Source: an uncultured Clostridia bacterium (GTDB lineage: Bacteria > Bacillota > Clostridia > TANB77 > CAG-508). Taken from it: a stretch of 64,000 bases of DNA. The notes beneath the pieces are model-generated. The model did not search any database. It was not told where the DNA came from and worked only from the letters and a program-made list of their open reading frames with translations. Position 1 is the stretch's first letter. The number at the start of each line of letters is the position of its first letter. The DNA lies in NCBI GenBank assembly GCA_944386175.1, contig CALXAB010000001.1, positions 47,645 through 111,644 on the forward strand, given 5' to 3'. The translations under genes were made by a program, and so were the position numbers. Below are positions 36,892 through 47,282 of the stretch, piece after piece.

Positions 36892-38670
36892 TCATATATT
36901 AATTACTTTTTGTTGACTCATATATAATTTATAATAATTTCCTTTTATGCTCATTAATTCTTCATGAGTTCCATATTCTACTATTTCTTTATCTTTAATA
37001 AAAAATATTCTGTCACTATCCACTATTGTAGATAATCTATGAGCAATCGTTATTACAGTTTTATTTTTAACCATTTCTTTTGTTAGATTTTGTAGCATTT
37101 TTTCTGTTTTTACATCAATCTTACTTGTTGCTTCATCGAAGATTAATATTTTAGGGTTATTAATAATTGTTCTTATATAGCATAATACCTGTTTTTCTCC
37201 ATCTGATAGATTTTTTCCATTACTACTTAATTTTGTATTGTATCCATCTTCTAAACTCATTATCCAATTATGTACATTCAATCTTTTACATATTTCTATT
37301 ACTTTATCATCAGTTATATTTTCATTTCCATATTTTAAATTTTTCATAATGCTTGTACTAAATAAGTAATTTTCTTGTTGCATAATAGCTATCTGTTTTC
37401 TAAGTCTATTTAGTTTTATATTTCTAACATCTTCTCCATCAATAAAAATATTTCCTGAATCTATATCATAAAATCTTCCAATTAGATTTGTAATAGTGGT
37501 TTTTCCACTTCCTGTACTACCTACAATAGCTACTTTTTCTTGCGGTTTTACTTTAAAAGATATATTATTTAAAACTTTATTATTTTCTATATAAGAAAAA
37601 CTAACATTTTTAAATTCTATTTCACCTTTTATTTTGATGTCTTTAGCATCTATTTTATCTTTTATATCTATTTTTTCATCCATTGTTTCAAATATTCTCT
37701 CTAAATATGTAATTGAATTAATAAAATCATCTAATGTTTTAAATAAGTCTTCTATAGGTTGCCAAAAGTTAGATGAATAACTTCCCATAGCAACAATAGT
37801 TCCAACTGATGTAGTTGGATATAAAAACATCGCTCCTACAAAATATATTGTTGCAGTTACCCAATGTGACATTGTTTGTACACTACACCATCCAATATTG
37901 CCAAATTTTATTTGTTTGCAACTTGCATCTTTCCAACTTCTACTTAAATCATTAAATATATCTTCATTCTTTTCTTCTCTATTAAATGCTTGGGTTATTT
38001 GCATTCCTTTTAATGTTTCTAATAGATATGCATTAGTATTAGAATTTTTATTATTAATTAGTAATTTATTTTTTCTCTTTATCTTAGCTGTTGAAGCAAA
38101 TATAAAAATAAGTATTACTATTCCAACTAATGCGATTAATGTTAGTTTCACACTTGTTAAAAACATAAATATCAGAATAATAAGCATATTAAATATGTTT
38201 AAAAATGTTGTTACTAATTTATCTGTAATTAGAGTAGAAACATCTTCTGCATATTCTGTTAGTCTAACTAGTATTTTTCCATGAGGTCTTGTGTCGTAAT
38301 AATTAACTGATAAATACTGAATATGTGAAAACAAATCATTTTTTATATCTTCTACAATATTTTGATTTACTTTAGCCAACATTTTTTTATACACTTTAGT
38401 TACAATAATAGACAATAATACTAAAAATAATGCTAATAATATTATGATAAACAATTTTTCATAATCGCTATTAGGAATAACATCATCGATTACATATTGT
38501 AGTATTTTAGTGATAAATAAAGTAGCTATAATAGATATACAATTTAAAATAAATATAATAATCAATTTTGATTTATATTTTTTTATGTATGTTAAACCTC
38601 TTTTATAATTAGAAAGACTGAATGAAGTATTTTTTTCATCTTGGTCATATTTGTTTACACTCATATACAT
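36892..38670 (-). CDS. ABC exporter, fused permease/ATPase (heterodimer partner 2)
   Basis: Six N-terminal TMs, Walker A GSTGSGKTT, signature LSDGEKQ, Walker B ILIFDEATS. Confidence 0.85.
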   Translation of the reverse strand: MYMSVNKYDQDEKNTSFSLSNYKRGLTYIKKYKSKLIIIFILNCISIIATLFITKILQYVIDDVIPNSDYEKLFIIILLALFLVLLSIIVTKVYKKMLAKVNQNIVEDIKNDLFSHIQYLSVNYYDTRPHGKILVRLTEYAEDVSTLITDKLVTTFLNIFNMLIILIFMFLTSVKLTLIALVGIVILIFIFASTAKIKRKNKLLINNKNSNTNAYLLETLKGMQITQAFNREEKNEDIFNDLSRSWKDASCKQIKFGNIGWCSVQTMSHWVTATIYFVGAMFLYPTTSVGTIVAMGSYSSNFWQPIEDLFKTLDDFINSITYLERIFETMDEKIDIKDKIDAKDIKIKGEIEFKNVSFSYIENNKVLNNISFKVKPQEKVAIVGSTGSGKTTITNLIGRFYDIDSGNIFIDGEDVRNIKLNRLRKQIAIMQQENYLFSTSIMKNLKYGNENITDDKVIEICKRLNVHNWIMSLEDGYNTKLSSNGKNLSDGEKQVLCYIRTIINNPKILIFDEATSKIDVKTEKMLQNLTKEMVKNKTVITIAHRLSTIVDSDRIFFIKDKEIVEYGTHEELMSIKGNYYKLYMSQQKVINI

Positions 38671-40379
38671 TCCTCCATATTATTTACTTGAATATCATAA
38701 ATTTCTTTATATTCTCCATTCTTATTCAATAATTCTTCATGTGAACCACTCTCTATGATTTCTCCGTTTTTCATTACAAATATGACATCAGCATTTTTTA
38801 CAGAAAGAATTTTTTGTGCAATTATAATTTTTGTACATCTATATTTCAAATTATTAATATTTTCAGTAACTTCTAATTCAGTTTCAAAATCTAGTGCGGA
38901 AGTTATATCATCTAATATTAATATACTAGGTCTCTTAGCTAATGCTCTTGCCAAAGATAAACGCTGTTTTTCACCTCCTGATAAACTCACTCCATTTTCT
39001 CCTATTATTGTATTAATATCCTCTGGTAAATCAAATACATAATCAGCTTTAGCCAATTTTAAACATTTTTTTATTTCTTCTTCTTTTAAATCTTCATTTC
39101 CAAAACTAACATTATTGGAAATAGTATCAGAAAACAGAAAAGGAGTTTGAGAAACATAACCGATATTTTTTCTTAATGATTTTAATGTATATGTATTTAT
39201 TAAATTATCGTCTATTTCTATCTTTCCACTTGAACATTCTATCAGTCTTAACATCAGTTTTCCAATAGTAGATTTTCCACTCCCTATTTCTCCAATAAAT
39301 GCATAAGTCTTATTGGGCTTTAAATCTAAATTAATATTTTTTATAACTTTCCTATTATTAAGTTTGACATTAACCCCTTTAAAAATAATATTTTCCCAAT
39401 TATTTAATATTAAACTTCCTTTATCTTTTATTTTAGGTTCAGTTTCTAATAATTTTCTTACTTTTGATACAGATACTCTAAATTGTTGCCATTCATTTAT
39501 AAAACCACTTAATTCTATAAACGGTTTTCTTATAGTGCCTATAAAAGAATTAATAATAATAAATTGTCCCATTGTCGTGTAACCTTTTATAACAAATATT
39601 CCCCCAAATAAAGTTAATAATATTTGCATACAATATGATAAAAATGTGACTATATTGTCATAAGAGATATTCATATTTTGTATTTCTAAATTCTTATTTT
39701 TCAAATTTCTATTCTTTACTTTAAAGTTATCTATTTCTTTTTGTTCTGTTGCAAATGTTTTGATTAATCTATTTCCTTCTATATTTTCTTGTATATAATT
39801 ATTTAGGTTTGACAAACTTTCTCTTTGATCTTTATATAATTCCTTTGATTTTTTTATATGTTTTTTAGATATAACTGCAATTATAGGAGTAGGTATTAAA
39901 ATAATTAGTGTTAAAATTGGGTTTATATATAGGCAGTAAATTGTAGTTAAAATACTAGTAGTTAACATGCTTATAGATTGTTTTATCACAAAACACATAT
40001 TATGATGAATAATGCTATTATCTGTTGTTAAAAGCGTGCTTATTTCTCCCAAAGTTTTTTCTTCGTAAAAATCTTGATTTAATTCATTCAATTTTTTATA
40101 ACATTCAACTTTTAACTTATGTGCTAAATTAAATCTAACATGATCCATTATTAATATTCCAAAATAAGTTATCAGCCTACCTATAAAATACATACTAATA
40201 GATATAATAAAAAGGTATGGAATAATAGAAAAATTACTCTCATATATACCTTTATCTATTATTTCTCCTAATAGTATAACTGGTAATATTTTAGAAATTC
40301 CTCCACCTAATATTATCATTAAATTTGAAATCCAATATCTAAAATTATATTCTTTAATAAATTTTAATACCCATCTCAT
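38661..40379 (-). CDS. ABC exporter, fused permease/ATPase (heterodimer partner 1)
   Basis: Walker A GEIGSGKST, signature LSGGEKQR, Walker B ILILDDITS. Overlaps its partner by 10 nt. Confidence 0.85.
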   Translation of the reverse strand: MRWVLKFIKEYNFRYWISNLMIILGGGISKILPVILLGEIIDKGIYESNFSIIPYLFIISISMYFIGRLITYFGILIMDHVRFNLAHKLKVECYKKLNELNQDFYEEKTLGEISTLLTTDNSIIHHNMCFVIKQSISMLTTSILTTIYCLYINPILTLIILIPTPIIAVISKKHIKKSKELYKDQRESLSNLNNYIQENIEGNRLIKTFATEQKEIDNFKVKNRNLKNKNLEIQNMNISYDNIVTFLSYCMQILLTLFGGIFVIKGYTTMGQFIIINSFIGTIRKPFIELSGFINEWQQFRVSVSKVRKLLETEPKIKDKGSLILNNWENIIFKGVNVKLNNRKVIKNINLDLKPNKTYAFIGEIGSGKSTIGKLMLRLIECSSGKIEIDDNLINTYTLKSLRKNIGYVSQTPFLFSDTISNNVSFGNEDLKEEEIKKCLKLAKADYVFDLPEDINTIIGENGVSLSGGEKQRLSLARALAKRPSILILDDITSALDFETELEVTENINNLKYRCTKIIIAQKILSVKNADVIFVMKNGEIIESGSHEELLNKNGEYKEIYDIQVNNMEECI

Positions 40380-40505
40380 TTATATTTTTTCTCCAATATT
40401 TATTATATTTTTATATTACTTTTCATATTCTATCATAATTTTATTTCTTTCTCAATAAAATTATAAAGTTTCAAAATATATTTATCCTTACATTTGCTTA
40501 ATTAT

Positions 40506-40581
40506 GAAAAAATCCGCAATAGAAATAATGTCAAGAGCGAGTGATAATGAGTTTATTTACTCTTGATATTATTTTTATTGC
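40506..40581 (-). terminator. long conserved hairpin H (copy b) with T-run
   Basis: On the minus strand: GCAATAAAAATAATATCAAGAG - 22-nt loop - CTCTTGACATTATTTCTATTGC, then GGATTTTTTC. Confidence 0.65.
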
Positions 40582-40821
40582 AGATTAAATTTACCCTGCA
40601 AATGTATGAGGCAAAAAATAAGTATCAGTACATATCTACCGACACTTAAATTTATAAAGATTCTCTATTACTTATTTCATAAATTCTTTCTAGCAATTGA
40701 AATAACTGATAATTTTACATATCTACAATTAAACACAACCTATATATGTCATGCTTATCATAGACACAATCTCAAATTCCCTAGTATTTCAAACACTTCT
40801 ATCAATTTTCTAAAATTTAAT

Positions 40822-41004
40822 TTATGTGTTTCCACTTACCACATCTGCAACTACTTTAACTTTCACATCTGAATTTTGATGTTTTTCTCTTCCATATCTT
40901 CCTTTTTTCTCGAAAGTTATAATCTCTGAAAACATATCAAATTCAAGTATTACCTGTCCTGTTTTAGTTGTAGCACTGCCACACATTCCACATGTGTTGG
41001 TCAT
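40822..41004 (-). CDS. CxxC tail module of LSR B, in a separate overlapping frame
   Basis: MTNTCGMCGSATTKTGQVILEFDMFSEIITFEKKGRYGREKHQNSDVKVKVVADVVSGNT is homologous to the in-frame C-terminus of LSR C. Overlaps the end of LSR B by 41 nt. Confidence 0.5.
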   Translation of the reverse strand: MTNTCGMCGSATTKTGQVILEFDMFSEIITFEKKGRYGREKHQNSDVKVKVVADVVSGNT

Positions 41005-42679
41005 CTCTGGTTGCAGTAAGTTTTAAATGTTGTTTATCTCCTGTTGCAGTAAAATTGTCTTTACAATTTATTTCTGTTCCGTTTTTACAAATAAACCTTA
41101 TTGTATATGGATTTATTGTACCATTTTCTAATGTTTCCCCAATTATTACTTTCTCTATTATACATTCAAAAATATCTTTATCAAAATTTTTCATTATTTC
41201 CATATCTTTAAATAAACCTTTAAACTTGTTTAATCTATGTTTAATACTTTCATTTCTGTTTGTGTCTTTTAGTAGGTTTTGTATTTTCTGTTCTACTTTT
41301 AATAGTTCTATGTTTAGCTCATCATATTTTAAAGTATATTGTTCTTTATTTATTCTGCCTTCTAAGTTTAGTTCTAATAGATTATTAAGTTTCTTGTTTA
41401 TTTTCTCTTTGTCTTTTTCTAGCTTATTTACTACTGTTTCTGTAGTATTTTCTTTTAAGACATTTTCTATTTTTTCTAAAAAATCTTCTACTACTTTTTT
41501 ATTGTTGTTACAGAGTATTCTATATCCTTGTACAAAACAATCTTCTAGTATTTCTTCTGGTATTGCTTTACAGTATGGGCATTCTTCTTTTCCATGTTTT
41601 GCTCTTTTGATACATTGCCATACTGCTTTTTCATATTTTCTTTTTGAGTTCCAGTTTCTTCTTGTAAGTAAGCTACCACAAAATCCACAATATAATTTAC
41701 TACTAAAAGCATATTTCTTACTATAGTTATTATTTCTTCTTCCTGTTTCTCTTGTTCCTACTCGTTTTATTCTTATTTCTTGTACTCTATCAAATAACTC
41801 TTTACTAATAATTGGCTCATGATGTTCTTTTATATAATGCTTTTCTGCTTCTCCTAAATTGCTTAATCTTTTATGTGATATTGGATCTATTGTAAATGTT
41901 TTTCCCATTAGCACATCTCCAATATATTTTTCATTTTTTAGTATTCCTCTTATTGTTGATTCGTTCCAATTATCATTACCTTTTGGGGATTTAATGCCTT
42001 TTGCTTTTAGTTCTTTTGCTATTGTACTTGAACCTATTCCGTCTACATATCTTTCAAATATATATTTTATAACTTCTGCTTGTTCCTCATTTATAGTTAT
42101 CTGTTTTGTTATTAAATCATAGTTATAACCGTAACAACCATTATAGCCAATTAACTCTCCCCTGTCTTTCTTCATTTTTAGTCCAAGCAATACATGTGAA
42201 GATATGTTCTCACTTTCTTGTTGTGCCATAGCACTTAATACTGTTAGTAGCATTTCTCCTGTTCCTGATAGAGTATTTAGATTTTCTTCTTCAAATAAAA
42301 CTGCAATGTTCTTTTCTTTTAGCATTCTTACATATTTTAAAGTATCTAATGTGTTTCTAGCAAATCTTGATATGGATTTTGTTAAAATCATATCAAATTT
42401 TCCAGACATTCCATCTGTTATCATTTTCATAAAGTCTGTTCTTTTAAAATCTAATGTGCCACTTATAGATTCATCTGCATATATTCCTGCAAATTGCCAT
42501 TCAGATTTGCTATTGATTTTTTCATCATAATACTTTAATTGTGATTGGTAACTATTTAATTGTTCTTTATTTCCTGTACTAACTCTACAATATGCACATA
42601 CTCTTAATCTTTCTTTGATTGTTGTACCTGTTACTCTGTTAATTCTTCCGTTTGTTTTCTCTATGACTTGAATTTCCAT
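40964..42679 (-). CDS. large serine recombinase, unit B
   Basis: Resolvase catalytic domain (VCAYCRVSTGNKEQ, SISRFARNTLD), recombinase domain, zinc ribbon (CGFCGSLLTRRNW...CPYCK) and coiled coil. Confidence 0.9.
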   Translation of the reverse strand: MEIQVIEKTNGRINRVTGTTIKERLRVCAYCRVSTGNKEQLNSYQSQLKYYDEKINSKSEWQFAGIYADESISGTLDFKRTDFMKMITDGMSGKFDMILTKSISRFARNTLDTLKYVRMLKEKNIAVLFEEENLNTLSGTGEMLLTVLSAMAQQESENISSHVLLGLKMKKDRGELIGYNGCYGYNYDLITKQITINEEQAEVIKYIFERYVDGIGSSTIAKELKAKGIKSPKGNDNWNESTIRGILKNEKYIGDVLMGKTFTIDPISHKRLSNLGEAEKHYIKEHHEPIISKELFDRVQEIRIKRVGTRETGRRNNNYSKKYAFSSKLYCGFCGSLLTRRNWNSKRKYEKAVWQCIKRAKHGKEECPYCKAIPEEILEDCFVQGYRILCNNNKKVVEDFLEKIENVLKENTTETVVNKLEKDKEKINKKLNNLLELNLEGRINKEQYTLKYDELNIELLKVEQKIQNLLKDTNRNESIKHRLNKFKGLFKDMEIMKNFDKDIFECIIEKVIIGETLENGTINPYTIRFICKNGTEINCKDNFTATGDKQHLKLTATRDDQHMWNVWQCYN

Positions 42680-42881
42680 CTTTCCTCCGTTCCGCCTAGA
42701 GATAAAACTTAATAATTTTATTTTATAGAAAAGTGCATTTTAATGCATCTTTTCTATAAAACAAGGTTAATTTACCTATATTTGCCCGAGCTTTAGCTCG
42801 TGGCATTTGAGCCTAGAAATCTTTGATTTCGTTAAGGCTCAATTATCTTATATCATTTTTTAGATAAAAAGTAAATTGTTC

Positions 42882-43058
42882 TTACAAAAGTTTATAATCT
42901 TTTAAGATTTTTCTTTTTATTTCAATATATTCTGAATCTAGTATTAAGTTTTCTCTAAACAAATTATTTAAAAACAATAATTCCATGCTACAGTCTAGCA
43001 TATTATTATCTTTTAGTTGTTTAGAGTTATCTACTTCTATTTTATAATTATGTAGCAT
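42882..43058 (-). CDS. 58-aa conserved small ORF preceding the LSR (copy B)
   Basis: AAGGAG RBS. MLHNYKIEVDNSKQLKDNNMLDCSMELLFLNNLFRENLILDSEYIEIKRKILKDYKLL aligns with copies A and C. Confidence 0.55.
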   Translation of the reverse strand: MLHNYKIEVDNSKQLKDNNMLDCSMELLFLNNLFRENLILDSEYIEIKRKILKDYKLL

Positions 43059-43149
43059 GAAATTGCTCCTTTTCTTTAAATTTGAAAAGAAAAAGAACAA
43101 AGAAACTAGAATCTTTCTAATCCCTTTGCTCTTTCTCTTTCATACTACC

Positions 43150-43178
43150 ATTATATTATCGTGTTTTTATATAGTCAA
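43150..43178 (-). promoter_or_regulatory. consensus sigma-A promoter of unit B
   Basis: TTGACT (43178-43173), 17-nt spacer, TATAAT (43155-43150). Confidence 0.6.
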
Positions 43179-43199
43179 TTCCATTTTTATTCCCTCTTT

Positions 43200-43640
43200 T
43201 CTATTTTTGATATAATTCTAGTATCTAATTTTATAAGTACACTAAGTAAACTAAAAATTGTATAATTTTAAATTGCAGTTCACTTGGTGTACTAGAAAAA
43301 TATAACAAAAGTTCACTAAGTGTATTTGTAAATTTTGTTTTATTTTCACATTCACTTAGTGAACTAAATTCAAAAATATTATTCAATATCAAGTACACTT
43401 GGTGAACTTTTTCCCAAAATAAGTGAATTTTTTTAATTTTTTAATTCACCATTTTTAATTTTGAACGAAGAATAGCGGGTTTGAGCCAGTTCACCGAGTG
43501 AATTTTTACATCATATTTGCATAAAATTTTTGTTTTTTTATTAACTCTTGAAGGCTTGTCCTTCAATATGTATAGGCATTTTGTTAAGAATGCTATCCTG
43601 CCCTCATTTTCAATGAGGTATTTTGCTCTTAAAATGTACT
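43200..43640 (-). repeat. R module, copy B (diverged)
   Basis: Dyads at 43236-43252, 43277-43293, 43310-43326, 43350-43365, 43392-43408 and 43488-43504. Outward-facing half sites at 43422-43450. Core and hairpin at 43541-43603. Confidence 0.8.
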
Positions 43641-43685
43641 TATTCTACTTAATTAAATATACTTATCCTTAAATCCTCTTAATCG

Positions 43686-43769
43686 AAAAACAATGTGCTT
43701 TTAAAAATAAGTCAAGGTTGTGCGATAGCACATTTATTTAAACCTTGACTTGTTTTTATAAAGCACATT
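43686..43769 (-). terminator. long conserved hairpin H (copy c) after the ParB-like gene
   Basis: ~28-bp stem AATGTGCTTTATAAAAACAAGTCAAGGTT / AACCTTGACTTATTTTTAAAAGCACATT followed by GTTTTTCG (minus strand). Confidence 0.6.
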
Positions 43770-43788
43770 ATACTTTTCTAAAAGGATT

Positions 43789-45225
43789 TTAACTATTTAT
43801 AAAAAATTGAATTATTGCAAATATTCCCATATCTGAAATTGTTTTTATTGCATCTACATTAGCAATAACTTTATAAGGGTGATGAATTACTAAATCTAAA
43901 TAGTTTTTCATTCCTTCATTATTAAAACATGTCTCCCATGCTCTTGAAATAGTATCGTCATCAATAAGATTTTGTTTATCTATTGATATTTTATTTATAA
44001 TCTTCTCTAATCTCAAGTCCAAATTATTATTTGCAGATTTCCATTTTTCCCATTTTCCTTTGTTTATTAAAAAATAGATGCTTGATTGTTCTAATAATGA
44101 GCGGATTAAAAAGCAATATGATATTGGGTAATTTTTATATAAATTTCCAAATGATAAATGCTGAATTTCATAGCATAGATTTTTAATCCCTTTAGCTCTA
44201 TCATTACTATATTTTAGTTTGCTACAATTAATATTTTTAAATAAAATACTATTGTCTTTTCTTGTTAATCTGATTTTATTAAATGCTATACTTTCATTTA
44301 TTTTATTTTTTACTATTTCACTTTCATTGGCATTATTATGTTTTTCTTCTCTACCATTAGAAAATATCTTCATTTGTTCATTTTTATTTTCTAAATTTTC
44401 ATTTATTTTATCTTTGCTGTCAAACCTTTCACTAACATTATTTTCTATATTGCCATACAAATATTTTTCTATATTAGCATTATTTTTTATTGTGTTACTT
44501 GTAATCCTACCACTTACAATATCTTGAACAATTCGTAATACTTTCTTGTCTAATTCATTTATTGAAGACAATGGCATTAAAACATTGTTATTAAAAGAAA
44601 TATTCAGATATTCTTTACCAACTTTTGAAGAAACAATCTTTTCAAACTTATTTACTGAAAAATTATTGTCAACTCCATCAAATGCTTTTTTACAAAATCC
44701 TTGTAATTGTGAAAATATATTTTTTACTCCCATTTTATCTTCAAATCTTTTTATTGAAGCTGTATCCCATTTTAAAGCTCCTGTATCAGTTGTATGTACA
44801 TTTCTTATATATCCAGCACAATCTTCAAATGAAGTGGCCACATAACAAGGAATTTGAAAATATTCTTCTCCTTGAATTCCTGCACTCATTGCATATATGC
44901 TTCTTATTTGTGTATATGAAAAGTATTTAAAAGATTCTACCAATTTAGGATTTTTTAAGATTTTCATTGCTGTTAATCTTCTATTACCATCCCATGCCAC
45001 AAATTTTTCTTTTTTCTCATCATAAGTGACTGTAACTATTGATTGTGGATACCAACCATTTGTGTAAATATCACTAATTAACTTATGCATTGCCTTCGCT
45101 TCTTTAGAATTTCTCACCAATTGTTGCATTATAAAAAGTTCATCCGCTATCATAATTTGTGTATGTCTTGGATTCTCTGGATTTACTAATATTTTTTCTA
45201 TGTCTATTAGTTGATGTTCTCTCAT
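43789..45225 (-). CDS. ParB/Srx-fold N-terminal domain protein with a large uncharacterised C-terminal region
   Basis: ILVNPENPRH and VAWDGNRRLTAMKIL (ParB-like nuclease/NTPase motifs). GGGGGA RBS before MREHQL. Confidence 0.55.
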   Translation of the reverse strand: MREHQLIDIEKILVNPENPRHTQIMIADELFIMQQLVRNSKEAKAMHKLISDIYTNGWYPQSIVTVTYDEKKEKFVAWDGNRRLTAMKILKNPKLVESFKYFSYTQIRSIYAMSAGIQGEEYFQIPCYVATSFEDCAGYIRNVHTTDTGALKWDTASIKRFEDKMGVKNIFSQLQGFCKKAFDGVDNNFSVNKFEKIVSSKVGKEYLNISFNNNVLMPLSSINELDKKVLRIVQDIVSGRITSNTIKNNANIEKYLYGNIENNVSERFDSKDKINENLENKNEQMKIFSNGREEKHNNANESEIVKNKINESIAFNKIRLTRKDNSILFKNINCSKLKYSNDRAKGIKNLCYEIQHLSFGNLYKNYPISYCFLIRSLLEQSSIYFLINKGKWEKWKSANNNLDLRLEKIINKISIDKQNLIDDDTISRAWETCFNNEGMKNYLDLVIHHPYKVIANVDAIKTISDMGIFAIIQFFINS

Positions 45226-45294
45226 ATATAATTCCCCCATTTTTTACCTTATAAAGTCTTTCGTAAATCCCTCATCATTCTTAAGTATATTATT

Positions 45295-46791
45295 CTATTT
45301 TTTTGCAATATATTTTTGATTTTTAGTATTTGGTTTATCTGGTATAGTCATTTGCAATTTTCCACTATCTAATAATGGTCTCATGTATTTTAAATAGAAA
45401 TTTCTTCTGTCTTTTAATCCTAAATATGCCATTATTTCTTTTGTTGTTTTTGGTTCTCTACAAAATTCTAATATTTTATCTTGATGGGTATCTTGGTGGA
45501 TATCTTGGTGGGTTGTTGGTCGGTCTTTTATCTCATTTTCAAATCTATCATGTATAAATATTGTTGTAATAAAATAATCTCTTGTTTCATTTGTTTCAAA
45601 CTCTGGTTCTTTTGAGCCATTATTTTTCAATGCTCTTTTTATTTTTGGAATACCTGTATTTCTACCTTCTGTTAATTTTAATTCTTTTAAAAACTCTCCA
45701 ATTCTACGATTTCTATATTTTCTTGCTATCATATTTTTATCTTCAATTGATTTTTCGCTTATTGAACGGTCTGGTCCTGGATAACTTACAATATGAATTC
45801 TATCTTCCATTATTCTTACTTCTACTGGTTCCCTTACATCATATCCTCTATGATAAACTGCATTTACTAATGCTTCTTCTATTGCTTGATATGGATAATT
45901 AAAAAATCTTACAGCCTCCGCTTGTCCATCTATCTTTAAAATTTTTTCCATAATAACAGTATTTTTAATATATGTTAAAGCACTTTTTATCATAGTATCA
46001 ATAGGTCCTTTAAATATTTGCTCTGTCATATCATCACCTTCTGGACCGTTTCTTAAATCTACTACTTCTATTTGTGAATATGGAAAGAATTTTTGTGGCT
46101 CATCATTAAAAAACATTAACCCTACATTTAAAGGTTTCATATATTCTGGTGTTCCATCTACTATTCTCATACTTTTACATAAATCTATAAAACTCATTGT
46201 TTCGGATTCTTTTAATAGTTCACTCTTTATCTCATATAAGTAATTTTGAATTAGTGGTAGTTTTAAATCTTGAATTTGTGCCTCATGATTCATTCTATCA
46301 TCGAATGGTATTACTCTTGCCATATCATATAATTCTTTTTGCTCTACTTCTGTAGCTTTTACTGTACTGGACATTTTTCTAATATAATATGAATATCCTT
46401 TTGAAAAATCTTTATCTAGTGTTGTTGGACATTTGTATGGTCTATTCTGACCACCAAAACACCATACTACTAGTATATTTTTACCTTTATATTGAGCAAC
46501 ATCTACAATTGGTGTATAGGCTGGCTGTATCATTTTACATTTTGTTAGCAATTCTTTTTGAATTTTATCTATTTCAGATAATTGTAGCCCTTCAAAATCT
46601 TTCTTAGGTCTACCATTTGCTTCTTCAACACCTATTAAAATATATCCTCCACCCCAGTTATCTATATCATTTGCAAAAGCACAAATTGTATGTAATATTG
46701 GTTCTGGATTCCAGTTTCTCTTTAATTCTAATCTTGCATTTTCTACAATGTTTTCATTTAGTATATTTTCTATACTTGTAGGTAATCTCAT
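45295..46791 (-). CDS. AlbA_2 (Schlafen-like) + HATPase_c_4 + C-terminal wHTH protein
   Basis: ENARLELKRNW...FANDIDNWGGGYILIGVEE (AlbA_2) and EALVNAVYHRGY (ATPase-like). C-terminal wHTH-like tail. HQDIHQDTHQD repeat. Confidence 0.7.
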   Translation of the reverse strand: MRLPTSIENILNENIVENARLELKRNWNPEPILHTICAFANDIDNWGGGYILIGVEEANGRPKKDFEGLQLSEIDKIQKELLTKCKMIQPAYTPIVDVAQYKGKNILVVWCFGGQNRPYKCPTTLDKDFSKGYSYYIRKMSSTVKATEVEQKELYDMARVIPFDDRMNHEAQIQDLKLPLIQNYLYEIKSELLKESETMSFIDLCKSMRIVDGTPEYMKPLNVGLMFFNDEPQKFFPYSQIEVVDLRNGPEGDDMTEQIFKGPIDTMIKSALTYIKNTVIMEKILKIDGQAEAVRFFNYPYQAIEEALVNAVYHRGYDVREPVEVRIMEDRIHIVSYPGPDRSISEKSIEDKNMIARKYRNRRIGEFLKELKLTEGRNTGIPKIKRALKNNGSKEPEFETNETRDYFITTIFIHDRFENEIKDRPTTHQDIHQDTHQDKILEFCREPKTTKEIMAYLGLKDRRNFYLKYMRPLLDSGKLQMTIPDKPNTKNQKYIAKK

Positions 46792-46842
46792 CTTCTCACC
46801 TTTCTTTTTCAAATGTCCGTTTTTTCGGACTTATAAAATTTT

Positions 46843-47259
46843 TTATTTCATATAATCTCTAATTTTAAATAATAACTCATCATCTAATATCTCTGTTGAG
46901 GCAAAATTATTTAAAGTATTATTATCTTCCCAATCTATATCAAATAAATTTATCACTTTATCATATCTTGGGAAAGCATGATAATGAACAAATGGATCAT
47001 GCATCATCATAATCATATAATTAAACTTTATTGCTCCAAACCTGTCTCTACATAGTTCTTCATACCATTTTATTACTTTTGGAAATTCAGCACCTTCATC
47101 TTGTAACATTCCACTTACATTTTGTGTTTCTCTTTTCAATAAAATAACTACATCTCCTAATGTTGTTTGTTTTTGCCTAACACAAACAATCCAATACTTA
47201 AACTCTTTAATACAAAGTTCCTCTGGTCTAAATTTTTTCATAAATTCTAAATTGTCCAT
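46843..47259 (-). CDS. HIT-like protein (138 aa)
   Basis: FVHYHAFPRY resembles the HxHxHxx histidine triad. Motif-level call only. Confidence 0.4.
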   Translation of the reverse strand: MDNLEFMKKFRPEELCIKEFKYWIVCVRQKQTTLGDVVILLKRETQNVSGMLQDEGAEFPKVIKWYEELCRDRFGAIKFNYMIMMMHDPFVHYHAFPRYDKVINLFDIDWEDNNTLNNFASTEILDDELLFKIRDYMK

Positions 47260-47282
47260 TGATAAGACCTCCTCTTACATTT

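Noticed and set aside
40606-40872. 88-aa plus-strand ORF in the post-LSR non-coding segment (similarly 33228-33443 and 14419-14637)
   Set aside because: It lies in repeated or intergenic AT-rich DNA, has no RBS, and is not preserved as an ORF in the homologous copy at 57930-58364.
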